Assembly: GCA_005880875.1 (NCBI GenBank)
Contig: VBJI01000079.1
Span: forward strand, 1 to 63,091
Length of the DNA stretch: 63,091 bases
Direction: 5' to 3'
Source: Chloroflexota bacterium
Lineage (GTDB): Bacteria > Chloroflexota > Dormibacteria > CF-121
Below, in pieces: positions 1-9,392 of the stretch (position 1 is its first letter; every line of letters begins with the position of its first letter). The position numbers and the translations under genes are program-made. The notes under the pieces were generated by a model. The model saw only the letters and a program-made list of their open reading frames with translations, had not been told where the DNA came from and made no database searches.

Positions 1-730
1 CGGTCGTCAATCGGGTCACCGTCTGCCGGACCAGCCAGAGGTTGCCCAGGATACCCCGACCCAGCATCACGGCGTCGACGCCGGTGTCGGCCTGGCGCCG
101 CGCGGCATCGTCGGCCGTCCGCAGATCGCCGCTGCCGGCGACCGGGATGGTGACCGAGGCCTTGACCTGGGCGATCGCCTCCCAATCCGCGAATGGGTCA
201 TAACGCTGCGAGCGAGTGCGACCGTGGACGGCGAGACCCTGGATCCCGGTTGCCTCCAGGCGGGTCGCCATCTCGAGGTAGTTGCGGGTGGCGAAGTCCC
301 AGCCCAGCCGGATCTTGACCGTCACCGGGATCGACACCGCCCCCACCACCGCCTCGGCCACCCGGCACGCACGGTCTGGATCGCGCAACAGGGATGAGCC
401 GCCCGAGGTCTTGACGACCTTGGGCACCGGGCAGCCCATGTTGACGTCGACGATGTCGGCGCCGGCGGCCTGCGCGATCCGCGCCGCCTGCGCCATCACC
501 ACCGGATCGCCCCCCATCAGCTGAACCGAGACCGGTCGCTGGTCCCAGCTGAGGTCCATCAACCGAAAGGACTCCCGATGGCCACGGACCAGCGCCTCAC
601 TGCTGATCATCTCGGTGCAGGCGAGGCCCGCGCCGAACTCGCGTGCGATCTTGCGGAAGGGCGCGTCGGTGACGCCCGCCATGGGCGCGACGTAGACGGG
701 CGAGGTCAATGTGTGCGGACCGACTTTCAC
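1..730 (-). CDS. dus: tRNA-dihydrouridine synthase (Dus family); C-terminus runs off the left window edge
   Basis: Absent from the ORF track because no stop lies in the window. My minus-strand translation from GTG (730-728) reads VKVGPHTLTSPVYVAPMAGVTDAPFRKIAREFGAGLACTEMISS...QLMGGDP...IVDVNMGCPVPKVVK...LAVHGRTRSQRY...AVMLGRG. This is the Dus TIM-barrel pattern, including the NMGCP catalytic-Cys loop. Confidence 0.85.
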   Translation of the reverse strand, partial: MKVGPHTLTSPVYVAPMAGVTDAPFRKIAREFGAGLACTEMISSEALVRGHRESFRLMDLSWDQRPVSVQLMGGDPVVMAQAARIAQAAGADIVDVNMGCPVPKVVKTSGGSSLLRDPDRACRVAEAVVGAVSIPVTVKIRLGWDFATRNYLEMATRLEATGIQGLAVHGRTRSQRYDPFADWEAIAQVKASVTIPVAGSGDLRTADDAARRQADTGVDAVMLGRGILGNLWLVRQTVTRLTT

Positions 731-745
731 GGGGTTACCAGCCTA

Positions 746-952
746 TCAGCCTTTCGGCCGGAGCCGGGTCTCGATCAGCAGCGCGATCACGCCGAGCATC
801 AGGATCACGCCGACGTTCTGCGCGTTGATGAAAATCGCGAACAGAGTGGCCGCCGCGATAAAGATGGCGGCAGGATCACGAATCGCCGGCGTACCGCGTC
901 GGCGCTCAGGCGGGCCCGGCTCCGGCGGAGCGGGTGTTTCCGGGTCAGGCAT
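746..952 (-). CDS. small hydrophobic protein (68 aa, about 2 TM), uncharacterised
   Basis: The ORF fills the gap between coaX and dus. Its ATG (952-950) overlaps the coaX stop by 8 nt. It has a hydrophobic core, AAIFIAAATLFAIFINAQNVGVILMLGVIALLI. I recognise no family. Confidence 0.45.
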   Translation of the reverse strand: MPDPETPAPPEPGPPERRRGTPAIRDPAAIFIAAATLFAIFINAQNVGVILMLGVIALLIETRLRPKG

Positions 953-1709
953 TGAGGTCGTAAATCAGCCGAAGCCCCTCCAGCATCAACCGCTGGTCAA
1001 CCAGCTCGATCACCGGGGTCTCCCTGGCGATGAGCTCGGCGAACCCCCCGGTCGCGATCACCCGAGGATTCTCGCCGAGCTCCCTTTTGATCCGCGCCAC
1101 CATGCCCTCCACCTGGGCGGTGAAGCCGAAGATGATGCCCGCCTGCATGCTCTCGGCGGTCGTTCGTCCGATCACGGTAGGTGGCGCCTTCAGCTCCACC
1201 CGCTGGAGCCGGGCGGCCCGCTCGTAAAGCGCCTCGACCGAGATGCCCATCCCGGGGGCGATCGCCCCTCCGAGGTAGTCGCCGTCTCCGGATACGACGT
1301 CGTAGGTCGTCCCGGTGCCGAAGTCGATGATGATCAGCGGACCGCCGTACTTCTTGAACGCCGCCATCGCGGCCACGATCCGGTCCGCCCCCACCTCCTT
1401 CGGGTCGCGATAGTGGATCTTGAGCCCGGTCTTGATGCCGGGATTGACCATCATCGGTTCCCGGCCGAAATAGCGCTGGATCGCCTGGACCAGGCTGCTA
1501 TTGAGGGGCGGCACGACGCTGGCGACCACGACCGCATCGACCGATTTCGGGTCGAAGCCCTCTTGCCGGATCAGCTGCACCATGGTCAGGCCGAGCTCGT
1601 CGGGCATGCTGTCTCGCCGGGTGGCGAGGCGCCAGTCATGCCGAAGCGTGCCGGCGTCGAAGAGCCCGAACGTCAGGTTCGTGTTGCCGAGATCGATCGC
1701 CAGCAACAT
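945..1709 (-). CDS. coaX: type III pantothenate kinase
   Basis: 254 aa. The N-terminus MLLAIDLGNTNLTFGLFD and the ...IIDFGTGTTYDVV... ASKHA-fold motifs are typical of CoaX. Confidence 0.9.
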   Translation of the reverse strand: MLLAIDLGNTNLTFGLFDAGTLRHDWRLATRRDSMPDELGLTMVQLIRQEGFDPKSVDAVVVASVVPPLNSSLVQAIQRYFGREPMMVNPGIKTGLKIHYRDPKEVGADRIVAAMAAFKKYGGPLIIIDFGTGTTYDVVSGDGDYLGGAIAPGMGISVEALYERAARLQRVELKAPPTVIGRTTAESMQAGIIFGFTAQVEGMVARIKRELGENPRVIATGGFAELIARETPVIELVDQRLMLEGLRLIYDLNA

Positions 1710-1717
1710 CGTCGACA

Positions 1718-2041
1718 GTGTACCCGCGCCGGATTGCGGTCTTTGGTTTCTACAATGACCTGATGGTCGGTGCTGAGCGTCTGGCGGTCGCCGAGGAGAT
1801 GCGAAGGCTCCGACCCTTCTGGCGGGACGGCCGGATTCTCCGCTGGCCGGCCCGGGAAAGCCGGCGCCGGCTGCTGCTGGCCGAGGTGGTGCAGGCCTTT
1901 CCCTGGGGAACGCGCCTGACCGAGCGAGCCGTCGACGCCATTCTCCGGAGCATCTGGTCGGACCACTGCCAGCTACGGCGGGCGCTCGTCGACTACGAGC
2001 TCCTGAATCGGAAAGACGGCGTCTACTGGAGGGTCGGCTGA
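1718..2041 (+). CDS. DUF2087 domain protein
   Basis: The C-terminal pattern ...FPWGTRLTERAVDAILRSIWSDHCQLRRALVDYELLNRKDGVYWR matches the DUF2087 consensus as I remember it. The start is uncertain; an in-frame ATG at 1763 is an alternative. Confidence 0.6.
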   Translation: MYPRRIAVFGFYNDLMVGAERLAVAEEMRRLRPFWRDGRILRWPARESRRRLLLAEVVQAFPWGTRLTERAVDAILRSIWSDHCQLRRALVDYELLNRKDGVYWRVG

Positions 2042-2058
2042 CGAGTTAGCCGAGCGCC

Positions 2059-2889
2059 CTAGTAAATGTCTTCTTTCCGGGTGTCCTCGTCGGCGTCCGG
2101 CACCTCGACCTCGTCCTCGGCTGATTCGACGGTATGCATGCCGTCGAGCTCCTCGGCCGGTTCCTCGCCGTCCTCCTCAACCTCTTCCGCGTCCGCATTG
2201 CGGTTGAGCAGCGATTCCTTGGCATACGGCCGGAATTCGTCGCGGCCCTTTTTGATCGTGAAGGAGGGCCGGCCGAAGAACTTCGGATCCTGGTAGGTCT
2301 CGCGGACGATGATCTTGACGGCGCCTCCCTCACAGGTAGCGACCGCACCCGAATACCGGTTGCCGCCCTCGAGGAACTTGATCAGGCGGCGGCCGAGGGC
2401 GTGCTCCAGGTGGCCGAGGGCGATCCCGCGAGCCGTCTCGACGTTCATCGTGTCGCCGGCCGCGATCAGCTTGACCGGGTCCCCGCCTGAGACCTTGCTG
2501 CAGGGGTCGCCCTCGGTGTGAACGTGCAGGGCCGTGAGTGCCGTCTTTCCGGTCTCCTCGATGAAGGCGTCGACGTCGACCTTCGCCTTGGAGGTCGGAA
2601 CCGGCTGGCCCCCGCGGAGCGTCTGCAGCCTGGCCAGGTTCTTCTGGGCGATCGGGTTGACGGGGTTCATCTTCAGGGTGGCCTTGTAGGCGTCGACCGC
2701 GTCGTCGGGCTGGCCGAGCTCGGTGTAGGCCTTGCCCAGCCGGTTCAGCGTGTCCTCGTCCGGCCCGAAGCGGTCCATGATCCCCCGGTTGACCTGGATC
2801 GCCTCGGTCCACTTGCTTTGCAGGGCTAGCTCGATCGCTTCATCGACGTACTGGGCCCTTGGTTTGATGCGTTCTGCGAATTCAGCCAA
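2059..2889 (-). CDS. TPR-repeat protein with an uncharacterised middle domain and an acidic C-terminal tail
   Basis: The N-terminus has TPR-like helices (LNRLGKAYTELGQPDDAVDAYKATLKMNPVNPIAQKNLARL). The tail is rich in D/E. TTG start. Confidence 0.6.
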   Translation of the reverse strand: MAEFAERIKPRAQYVDEAIELALQSKWTEAIQVNRGIMDRFGPDEDTLNRLGKAYTELGQPDDAVDAYKATLKMNPVNPIAQKNLARLQTLRGGQPVPTSKAKVDVDAFIEETGKTALTALHVHTEGDPCSKVSGGDPVKLIAAGDTMNVETARGIALGHLEHALGRRLIKFLEGGNRYSGAVATCEGGAVKIIVRETYQDPKFFGRPSFTIKKGRDEFRPYAKESLLNRNADAEEVEEDGEEPAEELDGMHTVESAEDEVEVPDADEDTRKEDIY

Positions 2890-3145
2890 TCCGGTGCCCT
2901 CCTGAGATGCGTGCTACACCCTACGCGCACTCCAAAACCGTTGTCAAGCCTGCATCGCGGGTAGCTGGGCATCACAACGAGGCAGCCTCCGGATGCTTGT
3001 GGGTAAGCCTGCCGATTATTAAGTGGTATTAGAAGACGGGGCCCTTCAGTTGCACCCGGTTGGGCAAGGTTGTATAAAGAGCTACGCCTACGGGCGACAG
3101 GGAGTACACGCCGAGTAAAACCAGGATTTTGGAAGGAGGGTTCGT

Positions 3146-4432
3146 ATGAATTTGCCGAAGTTGCTCGCGGGGCTTGCTCTCGCGAGCGTGGCGCTGGCGG
3201 CCTGCGGCGGAAGCAGCGGCGGAGGCGGCCAGAGTATCAAGGGGACGATCAAGATCGGCATCGACCTGCCGGTCAGCTTCTCGGATGCCTCGGACGGGCA
3301 GCCGACGCAGAACGGCGCCAAACTGGCTATCAAGCAGGCGGGAAAGGTGTGCGGCGCGTCCAGCCACTCCGATGCCTGCTTCACGCTGGCGGCCTTCGCC
3401 CTCGACGATGCCACCGCAGCGTTGGGCGGCCATGACCCGGCCCAGGGCGCGGCGAACGTGCGCCAGTTCATCGCCGACAACACAGTGCTCGGGATGGTCG
3501 GGCCGTTCAACAGCAGCGTCGCCAAGGCTGAGATCCCGATCAACAACCAGGTCGACCTGGCGATGATCAGTCCAGCCAATACCAACGAGTGTCTGACTCA
3601 GAAGCCGGCGGATGGGCACTGCAAGGTCAGCGGCGTGGAGCTCCACGACACGCTCCGGCCCACCGGCAAGAACAACTACTTCCGAGTCTGCACCACGGAC
3701 CTGATCCAGGGTCCGGCAGGCGCTGACTTCGCCAACAAGAAGCTCGGCAAGAAGAAGGTTTTCGTGCTCAACGACCAGCAGACCTACGGGTTGGGCATCG
3801 CGCAGAACTTCGCCAAGCAGTTCGCTGCCGACGGCGGCACAGTGCTCAACTCTGATCTTGGCGGGTACGATCCAACCTCGACCAAGGACTGGCACTCGCA
3901 GTTGAATAAAGCGAAGTCGCTGGGCGCCGACGTCGTCTACTATGGCGGCACCACGGCGACCGGTGGCGGCCAGATCCGCAAGCAGATGAAGGGCATCCTG
4001 GATGTGCCTTACGTTGCGGGAGATGGCATCTCGGGCAATCAGTTTGCCAAGGACGCCGCCGACAATGCGAACGACAGCTACTTCACGGTCGCCGGTCCCT
4101 ACCCGCAGAAACTATCGACCGCCCAGTCGTTCAACGCCGCGTACAAGAAGGAGTACAGCCAGGACGTTGGCGCCTACAGCGCACAGGCGTATGACGCGGC
4201 CAACATCCTCATCGCCGCCATCGGCAAAGCGATCGACGACGCGGGCGGCAACCAGCCGACTCGCGACCAGGTCACAGCTGAAGTGGCCAAGACCAAGGAC
4301 TTCAAGGGCGCCATCGGAACCACCAGCTTCGACTCGAACGGCGATACCACGCTGAAGATCATCACGATCTACAAGTGGACGTCGGCGACCGACACCGGCG
4401 GGACCTTCGTCGACCAGGTCACTGTTTCCTAA
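3146..4432 (+). CDS. HAAT-family (LivJ-like) ABC transporter substrate-binding lipoprotein
   Basis: Lipobox LALASVALAAC-GG and a GGAGG SD upstream. Type I periplasmic-binding-fold motifs are present (GMVGPFNSS, VFVLNDQQTYG, DVVYYGG). It sits upstream of the livHMGF-like genes. Confidence 0.85.
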   Translation: MNLPKLLAGLALASVALAACGGSSGGGGQSIKGTIKIGIDLPVSFSDASDGQPTQNGAKLAIKQAGKVCGASSHSDACFTLAAFALDDATAALGGHDPAQGAANVRQFIADNTVLGMVGPFNSSVAKAEIPINNQVDLAMISPANTNECLTQKPADGHCKVSGVELHDTLRPTGKNNYFRVCTTDLIQGPAGADFANKKLGKKKVFVLNDQQTYGLGIAQNFAKQFAADGGTVLNSDLGGYDPTSTKDWHSQLNKAKSLGADVVYYGGTTATGGGQIRKQMKGILDVPYVAGDGISGNQFAKDAADNANDSYFTVAGPYPQKLSTAQSFNAAYKKEYSQDVGAYSAQAYDAANILIAAIGKAIDDAGGNQPTRDQVTAEVAKTKDFKGAIGTTSFDSNGDTTLKIITIYKWTSATDTGGTFVDQVTVS

Positions 4433-4448
4433 CTCGTAGCTAATGCCA

Positions 4449-4478
4449 GGGTGGAGCGGAGCCGAGGCTCCGCTCCAC
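4449..4478 (+). terminator. perfect 14-bp GC-rich hairpin between the binding-protein gene and the permease genes (possible intra-operon attenuator)
   Basis: ggtggagcggagcc-ga-ggctccgctccacc read directly from the sequence. There is no clear U-tract after it. Confidence 0.4.
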
Positions 4479-4549
4479 CTTGAACCCGAAGAAGCGGCTG
4501 GCTACACTGTGGGCAGCCAGAAAACCGCGGCGGTGGGCCGGGAGAAGGG

Positions 4550-5339
4550 ATGAGGTTCTTCGCCGATCAGCTGATCTTTGGTCTTACGACAGGTGCGATC
4601 TACGCGCTCATCGCCCTGGGCTACACGCTCGTGTACGGCATCATCGAGTTGATCAACTTCGCCCACGGGGACGTCTACACGGTTGGCGGGTTGATCGGCC
4701 TGACATTGATTGGCCTGCTCCATCTCCAGGGAGCAACGGTGCTCTGGCTCATCCCCGGTCTCATCCTGGTCTTCCTGGCGGCCATGAGCCTGAATGGGCT
4801 GCTCGGCGTCGTCATCGAGCGGGTCGCATACCGGCGGCTTCGAAACGCGCCGCGCCTGGCGCCGCTCATCACCGCGGTGGGCGTCTCCTTCATCCTCGAG
4901 GGCGCCATCTTTTTGGTCAAGGGGCCAAACCACATCACGTACCCCAACCTGCTCCCTTCCGGCAGCATCTCCATTTTTGGCTACGAGCTCGGCGCCCAAA
5001 ACCTGATCATCATCGCGCTGGCGCTTGGGCTCATGGTCGGGTTGCAGCAGTTCATCCAACGAACCCAGATCGGGCGGGCGATGCGAGCCACGGCTCAGGA
5101 TCGAGATGCGGCCCGGCTGATGGGGATCAACATCAACCGAACCATCGCCGTCACGTTCTTCCTTGGATCGGCGCTCGCTGCCGCAGGCGGCATCATCCAT
5201 CGGCCTGATCGTCGCGATGGTCGGCGGTTACATGCAGGGCGGGCAGCAGTGGTCCGACGTGTTCGTCTTCGGCATCCTGATCCTGGTCCTGGTCTTCCGG
5301 CCGACCGGGCTGTTCGGCATGCGGGTTCCTGAGAAATGA
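4550..5339 (+). pseudogene. livH: LivH-type branched-chain amino-acid ABC permease, internally gapped and frameshifted
   Basis: Frame 1 reads a normal LivH up to ...FFLGSALAAAGGII (about 5197). The conserved C-terminus SIGLIVAMVGGYMQGGQQWSDVFVFGILILVLVFRPTGLFG continues in another frame (5199-5339). It ends in an ATGA overlap with livM. Confidence 0.75.
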
Positions 5340-6496
5340 GCAAGAACTCCGCCCGGGGGAGCAGCAAGCTCGCCGGGGTGCGACGTATCTCTGGCCGGGG
5401 CATCCTGGCGTTCAGCAGGGAGCGCAAGATCCCTTACCTCCTGCTGGGCATCGGGCTGATCATCTTTCCGATCGTCGATACCTACACCCCGAACGTGGAC
5501 TTCGTCGGCGACGCCGGACGCTGGATACTTCTCGCCCTCGGGCTGAACATCGTGGTCGGCTACGCGGGCCTGCTCGACCTGGGCTACGCCGCCTTCTTTG
5601 CCATCGGCTCGTACACGTTCGCCATCCTGGCGTCGCCCCAGTTCGGCATCCACATCTCGTTCTGGCTGCTGCTCCTGGTCGCCGCGTTCGTCGCCGCCAT
5701 GTTTGGCGTCCTGCTCGGCGCCCCCACGCTCCGCCTTCGCGGCGACTACCTGGCCATCGTCACCCTCGGCTTCGGCGAGATCGTTCCCCGGGTCATCCGC
5801 AACGCCTCGAAGTTCACCGGTGGCGTGAACGGCATCGTCGGAACGGACCAGCCGATGATCCCCGCCTTCCTGGGTTTTCACGGTTATTCCTTTGGCCTGA
5901 ACCCGGTTCCGTACTACTACCTGATGCTCGTGATCATCGTCATCACGATCTTGCTCATCCGCAACTTGCGGAACTCCAGGCTGGGGCGCGCGTGGATGGC
6001 GGTCCGCGAGGATGAGGTGGCGGCTGCCGCCACCGGGATCAACACGGTGACAACAAAGCTTTTGGCCTTCGCCCTGGGCGCGTCGTTCAGCGGCTTTGCG
6101 GGAAGCTACTACGCCTCGAAGCTCTTCATCGTGACGCCCGAGACCTTCAGCTTCGTCGTCTCGGTCACGGTCTTGCTGATGGTCGTCCTCGGCGGCATGG
6201 GCAACATCCGCGGCGTGATCGTCGGTGCGTTGGTGATTTACGCTATCCAGGCTTATGTGCTGGTGCAGCTACCAGGCTGGATCGCCAGCGCTACCCAGGC
6301 GCTCGACATCGGCTTCCTTAACAACGTCGACATCTCCGGCTACGTTCAGCGATCCAGCATTTTGATCTTCGGGGTGATCCTGGTGGTGATCATGCTGCTG
6401 CGACCGCAAGGACTGATCCCGAGCGCTCAACGAAAAGTCGAATTGGAGCTCGGCACCACTGAGGAGGCAGTGTCGGACCTTCGCGGTTCGGCATAG
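5336..6496 (+). CDS. livM: LivM-type branched-chain amino-acid ABC permease
   Basis: 386 aa polytopic protein. It carries the LivM core ...GYAGLLDLGYAAFFAIGSYT...TLRLRGDYLAIVTLGFGEI... Confidence 0.85.
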   Translation: MSKNSARGSSKLAGVRRISGRGILAFSRERKIPYLLLGIGLIIFPIVDTYTPNVDFVGDAGRWILLALGLNIVVGYAGLLDLGYAAFFAIGSYTFAILASPQFGIHISFWLLLLVAAFVAAMFGVLLGAPTLRLRGDYLAIVTLGFGEIVPRVIRNASKFTGGVNGIVGTDQPMIPAFLGFHGYSFGLNPVPYYYLMLVIIVITILLIRNLRNSRLGRAWMAVREDEVAAAATGINTVTTKLLAFALGASFSGFAGSYYASKLFIVTPETFSFVVSVTVLLMVVLGGMGNIRGVIVGALVIYAIQAYVLVQLPGWIASATQALDIGFLNNVDISGYVQRSSILIFGVILVVIMLLRPQGLIPSAQRKVELELGTTEEAVSDLRGSA

Positions 6497-6503
6497 CGCC
6501 ACG

Positions 6504-7367
6504 ATGCCGCTCCTGGAAACCCGCGGGCTGACCAAGCGGTTCGGCGGACTCGTGGCGGTCGATGGCGTCGACCTCAGTGTCGAGGAAGGCGAGATCTTCG
6601 CCATGATCGGTCCGAATGGCGCCGGAAAGACCACCATGTTCAACCTGATCGCCGGGCTCTACAAGCCCAGCAGCGGCACCATCAGGTTCAGGGGCAAATG
6701 GGTCTATCCAGTGCGGGAGTACTGGCGGACGTATCTCCCGCCGCTCGCCGGCTACTACACCATGGCCAACGCCGTCAGACAGGCGCTCGGCGCTGGAAGG
6801 CTGCCGATCGGGCTCCGGCCGCATGCGGTGACGGCCCTTGGCATCGCCCGGACCTTTCAGAACATCCGGCTGTTCTCCTACATGACAGCGCTGGAGAACG
6901 TCATGGTTGGTGAGCATGTGCGGATGCGGGCACAAGTCTGGGATGCGCTGCTGCGCTCTCCCTATGCCAGGAAGGAGGAGCGGCAGGTTCGCGATCGGGC
7001 GATGGAGTTCCTTCGCTTCGTCGGTCTCGAGCGCTACGCGGAACAGTACGCGCGCAACCTTCCCTACGGGTTCCAGCGGCGGCTGGAGATTGCGCGGGCA
7101 CTGGCTACCCAACCCACCCTGCTGATGCTCGACGAGCCTGCCGCCGGCTTCAACCCGCAAGAGAAGGCGCAGCTCATGGACCTGATCCAGGAGATTCGCC
7201 GCCGCGGGATCACGATCTTCCTGATCGAGCACGACATGAAGGTCGTGATGGAGGTTTCGGAACGGATCGTCGTGCTCGATTACGGCGAGAAGATCGCCGA
7301 AGGGCCGCCGCAAAAGGTGCGGACCGACCCGCGGGTCATCGAGGCGTACCTGGGCAAGAGCGCGTGA
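6504..7367 (+). CDS. livG: LivG-type ABC ATPase
   Basis: Walker A GPNGAGKTT, signature/Walker B ...LLMLDEPAAGFNP, and the LivG C-terminal motif DPRVIEAYLG. It carries an extra segment of about 35 aa after the Walker A region. Confidence 0.9.
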   Translation: MPLLETRGLTKRFGGLVAVDGVDLSVEEGEIFAMIGPNGAGKTTMFNLIAGLYKPSSGTIRFRGKWVYPVREYWRTYLPPLAGYYTMANAVRQALGAGRLPIGLRPHAVTALGIARTFQNIRLFSYMTALENVMVGEHVRMRAQVWDALLRSPYARKEERQVRDRAMEFLRFVGLERYAEQYARNLPYGFQRRLEIARALATQPTLLMLDEPAAGFNPQEKAQLMDLIQEIRRRGITIFLIEHDMKVVMEVSERIVVLDYGEKIAEGPPQKVRTDPRVIEAYLGKSA

Positions 7368-8074
7368 GCGCGATTCTCGAACTGGAACGAATCGACGTCT
7401 ACTACGGCCGGATCCAGGCGCTTCGAGCGGTGAGCCTGCACGTCGACGAGGGTGAGATCGTGACGCTCATCGGGGCGAACGGGGCCGGCAAGACGACGAC
7501 CTTGCGAGCGATCTCGGGGCTGACCCCGGCGAGCGGGGGCCAGGTCCGGCTGCGCGGCGAGGGGGTGACGCATCTGCAGGCCGAGGATATCGTCGTCAAG
7601 GGCGTCGGGCATGCCCCGGAGGGCCGACGCATCTTTTCTCGGATGACGGTCATGGAGAACCTGGCGCTGGGCGCCTATATCCGGCGCGACGGCGCCACGC
7701 GCGCTGACCTCGATCGGGTGTTCAGTCTCTTTCCACGGTTGAAGGAACGCCAGCGTCAGCTCGGTGGAACCCTTTCTGGCGGCGAGCAGCAGATGCTCTG
7801 CATCGGCCGGGCCCTGATGTCGCGGCCCAAGGTGCTGTTGCTCGACGAGCCCTCGCTGGGCCTGGCGCCGCTGATGGTCGACACCATCTTCCAGGTCATC
7901 CGCGACATCAACCAGGAAGGCACGACGGTGCTGTTGGTGGAGCAGAACGCGCTCAAGGCCCTGGGCGTCGCCAACCGCGGCTATGTCCTGGAGACCGGAC
8001 GGATCGTCAAGGAAGGCACGTCCAGGGCGTTGATGGATAGCCCGGACGTCCAGCGAGCCTACCTCGGGATTTGA
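7364..8074 (+). CDS. livF: LivF-type ABC ATPase
   Basis: Walker A GANGAGKTT, LSGGEQQML, LLLDEPSLGLAP, ending ...VQRAYLGI. The start overlaps the livG stop. Confidence 0.9.
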   Translation: MSAILELERIDVYYGRIQALRAVSLHVDEGEIVTLIGANGAGKTTTLRAISGLTPASGGQVRLRGEGVTHLQAEDIVVKGVGHAPEGRRIFSRMTVMENLALGAYIRRDGATRADLDRVFSLFPRLKERQRQLGGTLSGGEQQMLCIGRALMSRPKVLLLDEPSLGLAPLMVDTIFQVIRDINQEGTTVLLVEQNALKALGVANRGYVLETGRIVKEGTSRALMDSPDVQRAYLGI

Positions 8075-8108
8075 GACTGTTCAGGGGGGCGCCCACGACC
8101 ATCGACTC

Positions 8109-9377
8109 GTGACTCGACCCAGGATGCTCATCTTGATCGCCGCTTGGATGGCGCTTTCGAGCTGCGCCGTGCCGGGAACCGCCAGCCAACAGATCATGGC
8201 GCGGGTGACGCTCGGCGCGGACCTGCCGCTGAGCGGTGACGATGCACAGGACGGCATTCCCGTCAAGCAGGCCATCGATCTCGCGATCAAGCAGGCGGGA
8301 CTGGTCTGCGGCGCGAAATCACACCAGGACGCGTGTCTCCAGCTCAAGGCGATGGCTGCAGATGACGTCACCAGGGGCATCCACGATCCCGTCACCGGCG
8401 CGAACAACGTCCAGCGGCTGGCCGGCGATGCCCGCGTCATCGCCCTGATCGGCCCACTGTACGACAGCCTGGCGAAGAGTGAGCTGCCGGTAGCGAACGC
8501 CGCCATCCTCGCCATCGTCAGCCCCGCGGTCACGGACGAGTGCCTGACCCAAGAGCCCGCCGACGGGCACTGCCACGGCCTGGCGGCCCGCCTGCGGCCG
8601 CGGAAGCTCAATAGCTTTTTTCGGGTGGTCACGACGGAGCTGGTCGAGGGAACGGCGGGCGCCGACCTCGCCTTCGGCAGGCTGGGGAAAGGGCGTGCCT
8701 TCGTGGTCAACGATCAAACCGGCTTCGGTCAGGGCCTCGCTCGCACCTTCGCCGAGCGATTTGTCCACGATGGCGGGACGATCATCGATCCCTCGGACCT
8801 GGGCGCGTTCGACCCGAATCAGCCGCCAGACTTCGGAGCCCGGGTCGAGCGAGCCAGGGAACTGGGCGCGGATGTCCTCTACTTTGCGGGCTCGGAGGTG
8901 GGCGCCGCCGCCGCGCTCCGGCGCGCGATGATCGCCCGTGGGCTGCCGGTTCCGTTGATCGGGGCGCATCCGCTGGCAAGCAGCCAGTACGCCCGCTTGG
9001 CCGGCGACGCCGCCATCGGCAGTTACTACACGCTGGTCGGTCCCAATCCCGCCGCCATCCGCCAGGCCGCGGGCTTCATGCGCGACTACCGCGCCGCGTA
9101 CCGCCAGCCGGCCGGCCGCATCAGCCTGGCAGCGTTCGACGCAACCACCATCGTCATCCGCGCGCTGTCCCGGGCAATCGACGACGCCGGCGGAAAAACG
9201 CCAACGCGCGAGCAGGTCCTCACCGAAATCAGCCGGACCTCGAACGACGCCGGGGCGATGGGAACCATGAGCTTCGACGCCCAGGGGGACACCACGCTGA
9301 AGCTGCTGGCGGCGTACCAGTGGGTGGCCGCGGCCGAGGGCACGGGTCGATTCCTGGCGGATCTCGTCGTTCGCTGA
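8109..9377 (+). CDS. second HAAT-family (LivJ-like) substrate-binding lipoprotein, paralog of 3146-4432
   Basis: Lipobox WMALSSC. It aligns by eye with the first binding protein along its whole length, including shared KQAG.VCGA.SH.DAC and ECLTQ.PADGHC motifs. Confidence 0.85.
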   Translation: MTRPRMLILIAAWMALSSCAVPGTASQQIMARVTLGADLPLSGDDAQDGIPVKQAIDLAIKQAGLVCGAKSHQDACLQLKAMAADDVTRGIHDPVTGANNVQRLAGDARVIALIGPLYDSLAKSELPVANAAILAIVSPAVTDECLTQEPADGHCHGLAARLRPRKLNSFFRVVTTELVEGTAGADLAFGRLGKGRAFVVNDQTGFGQGLARTFAERFVHDGGTIIDPSDLGAFDPNQPPDFGARVERARELGADVLYFAGSEVGAAAALRRAMIARGLPVPLIGAHPLASSQYARLAGDAAIGSYYTLVGPNPAAIRQAAGFMRDYRAAYRQPAGRISLAAFDATTIVIRALSRAIDDAGGKTPTREQVLTEISRTSNDAGAMGTMSFDAQGDTTLKLLAAYQWVAAAEGTGRFLADLVVR

Positions 9378-9392
9378 GCGGGAGGGCGGCCG

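Noticed and set aside
2890-3145. The longest intergenic region (256 nt, locally AT-richer) as a candidate structured ncRNA or riboswitch upstream of the Liv-type operon.
   Set aside because: It contains only short, weak hairpins and plausible promoter-like hexamers (TTGTCA, TATAAA). I could not match it to any riboswitch class from memory. A covariance-model scan would be needed.
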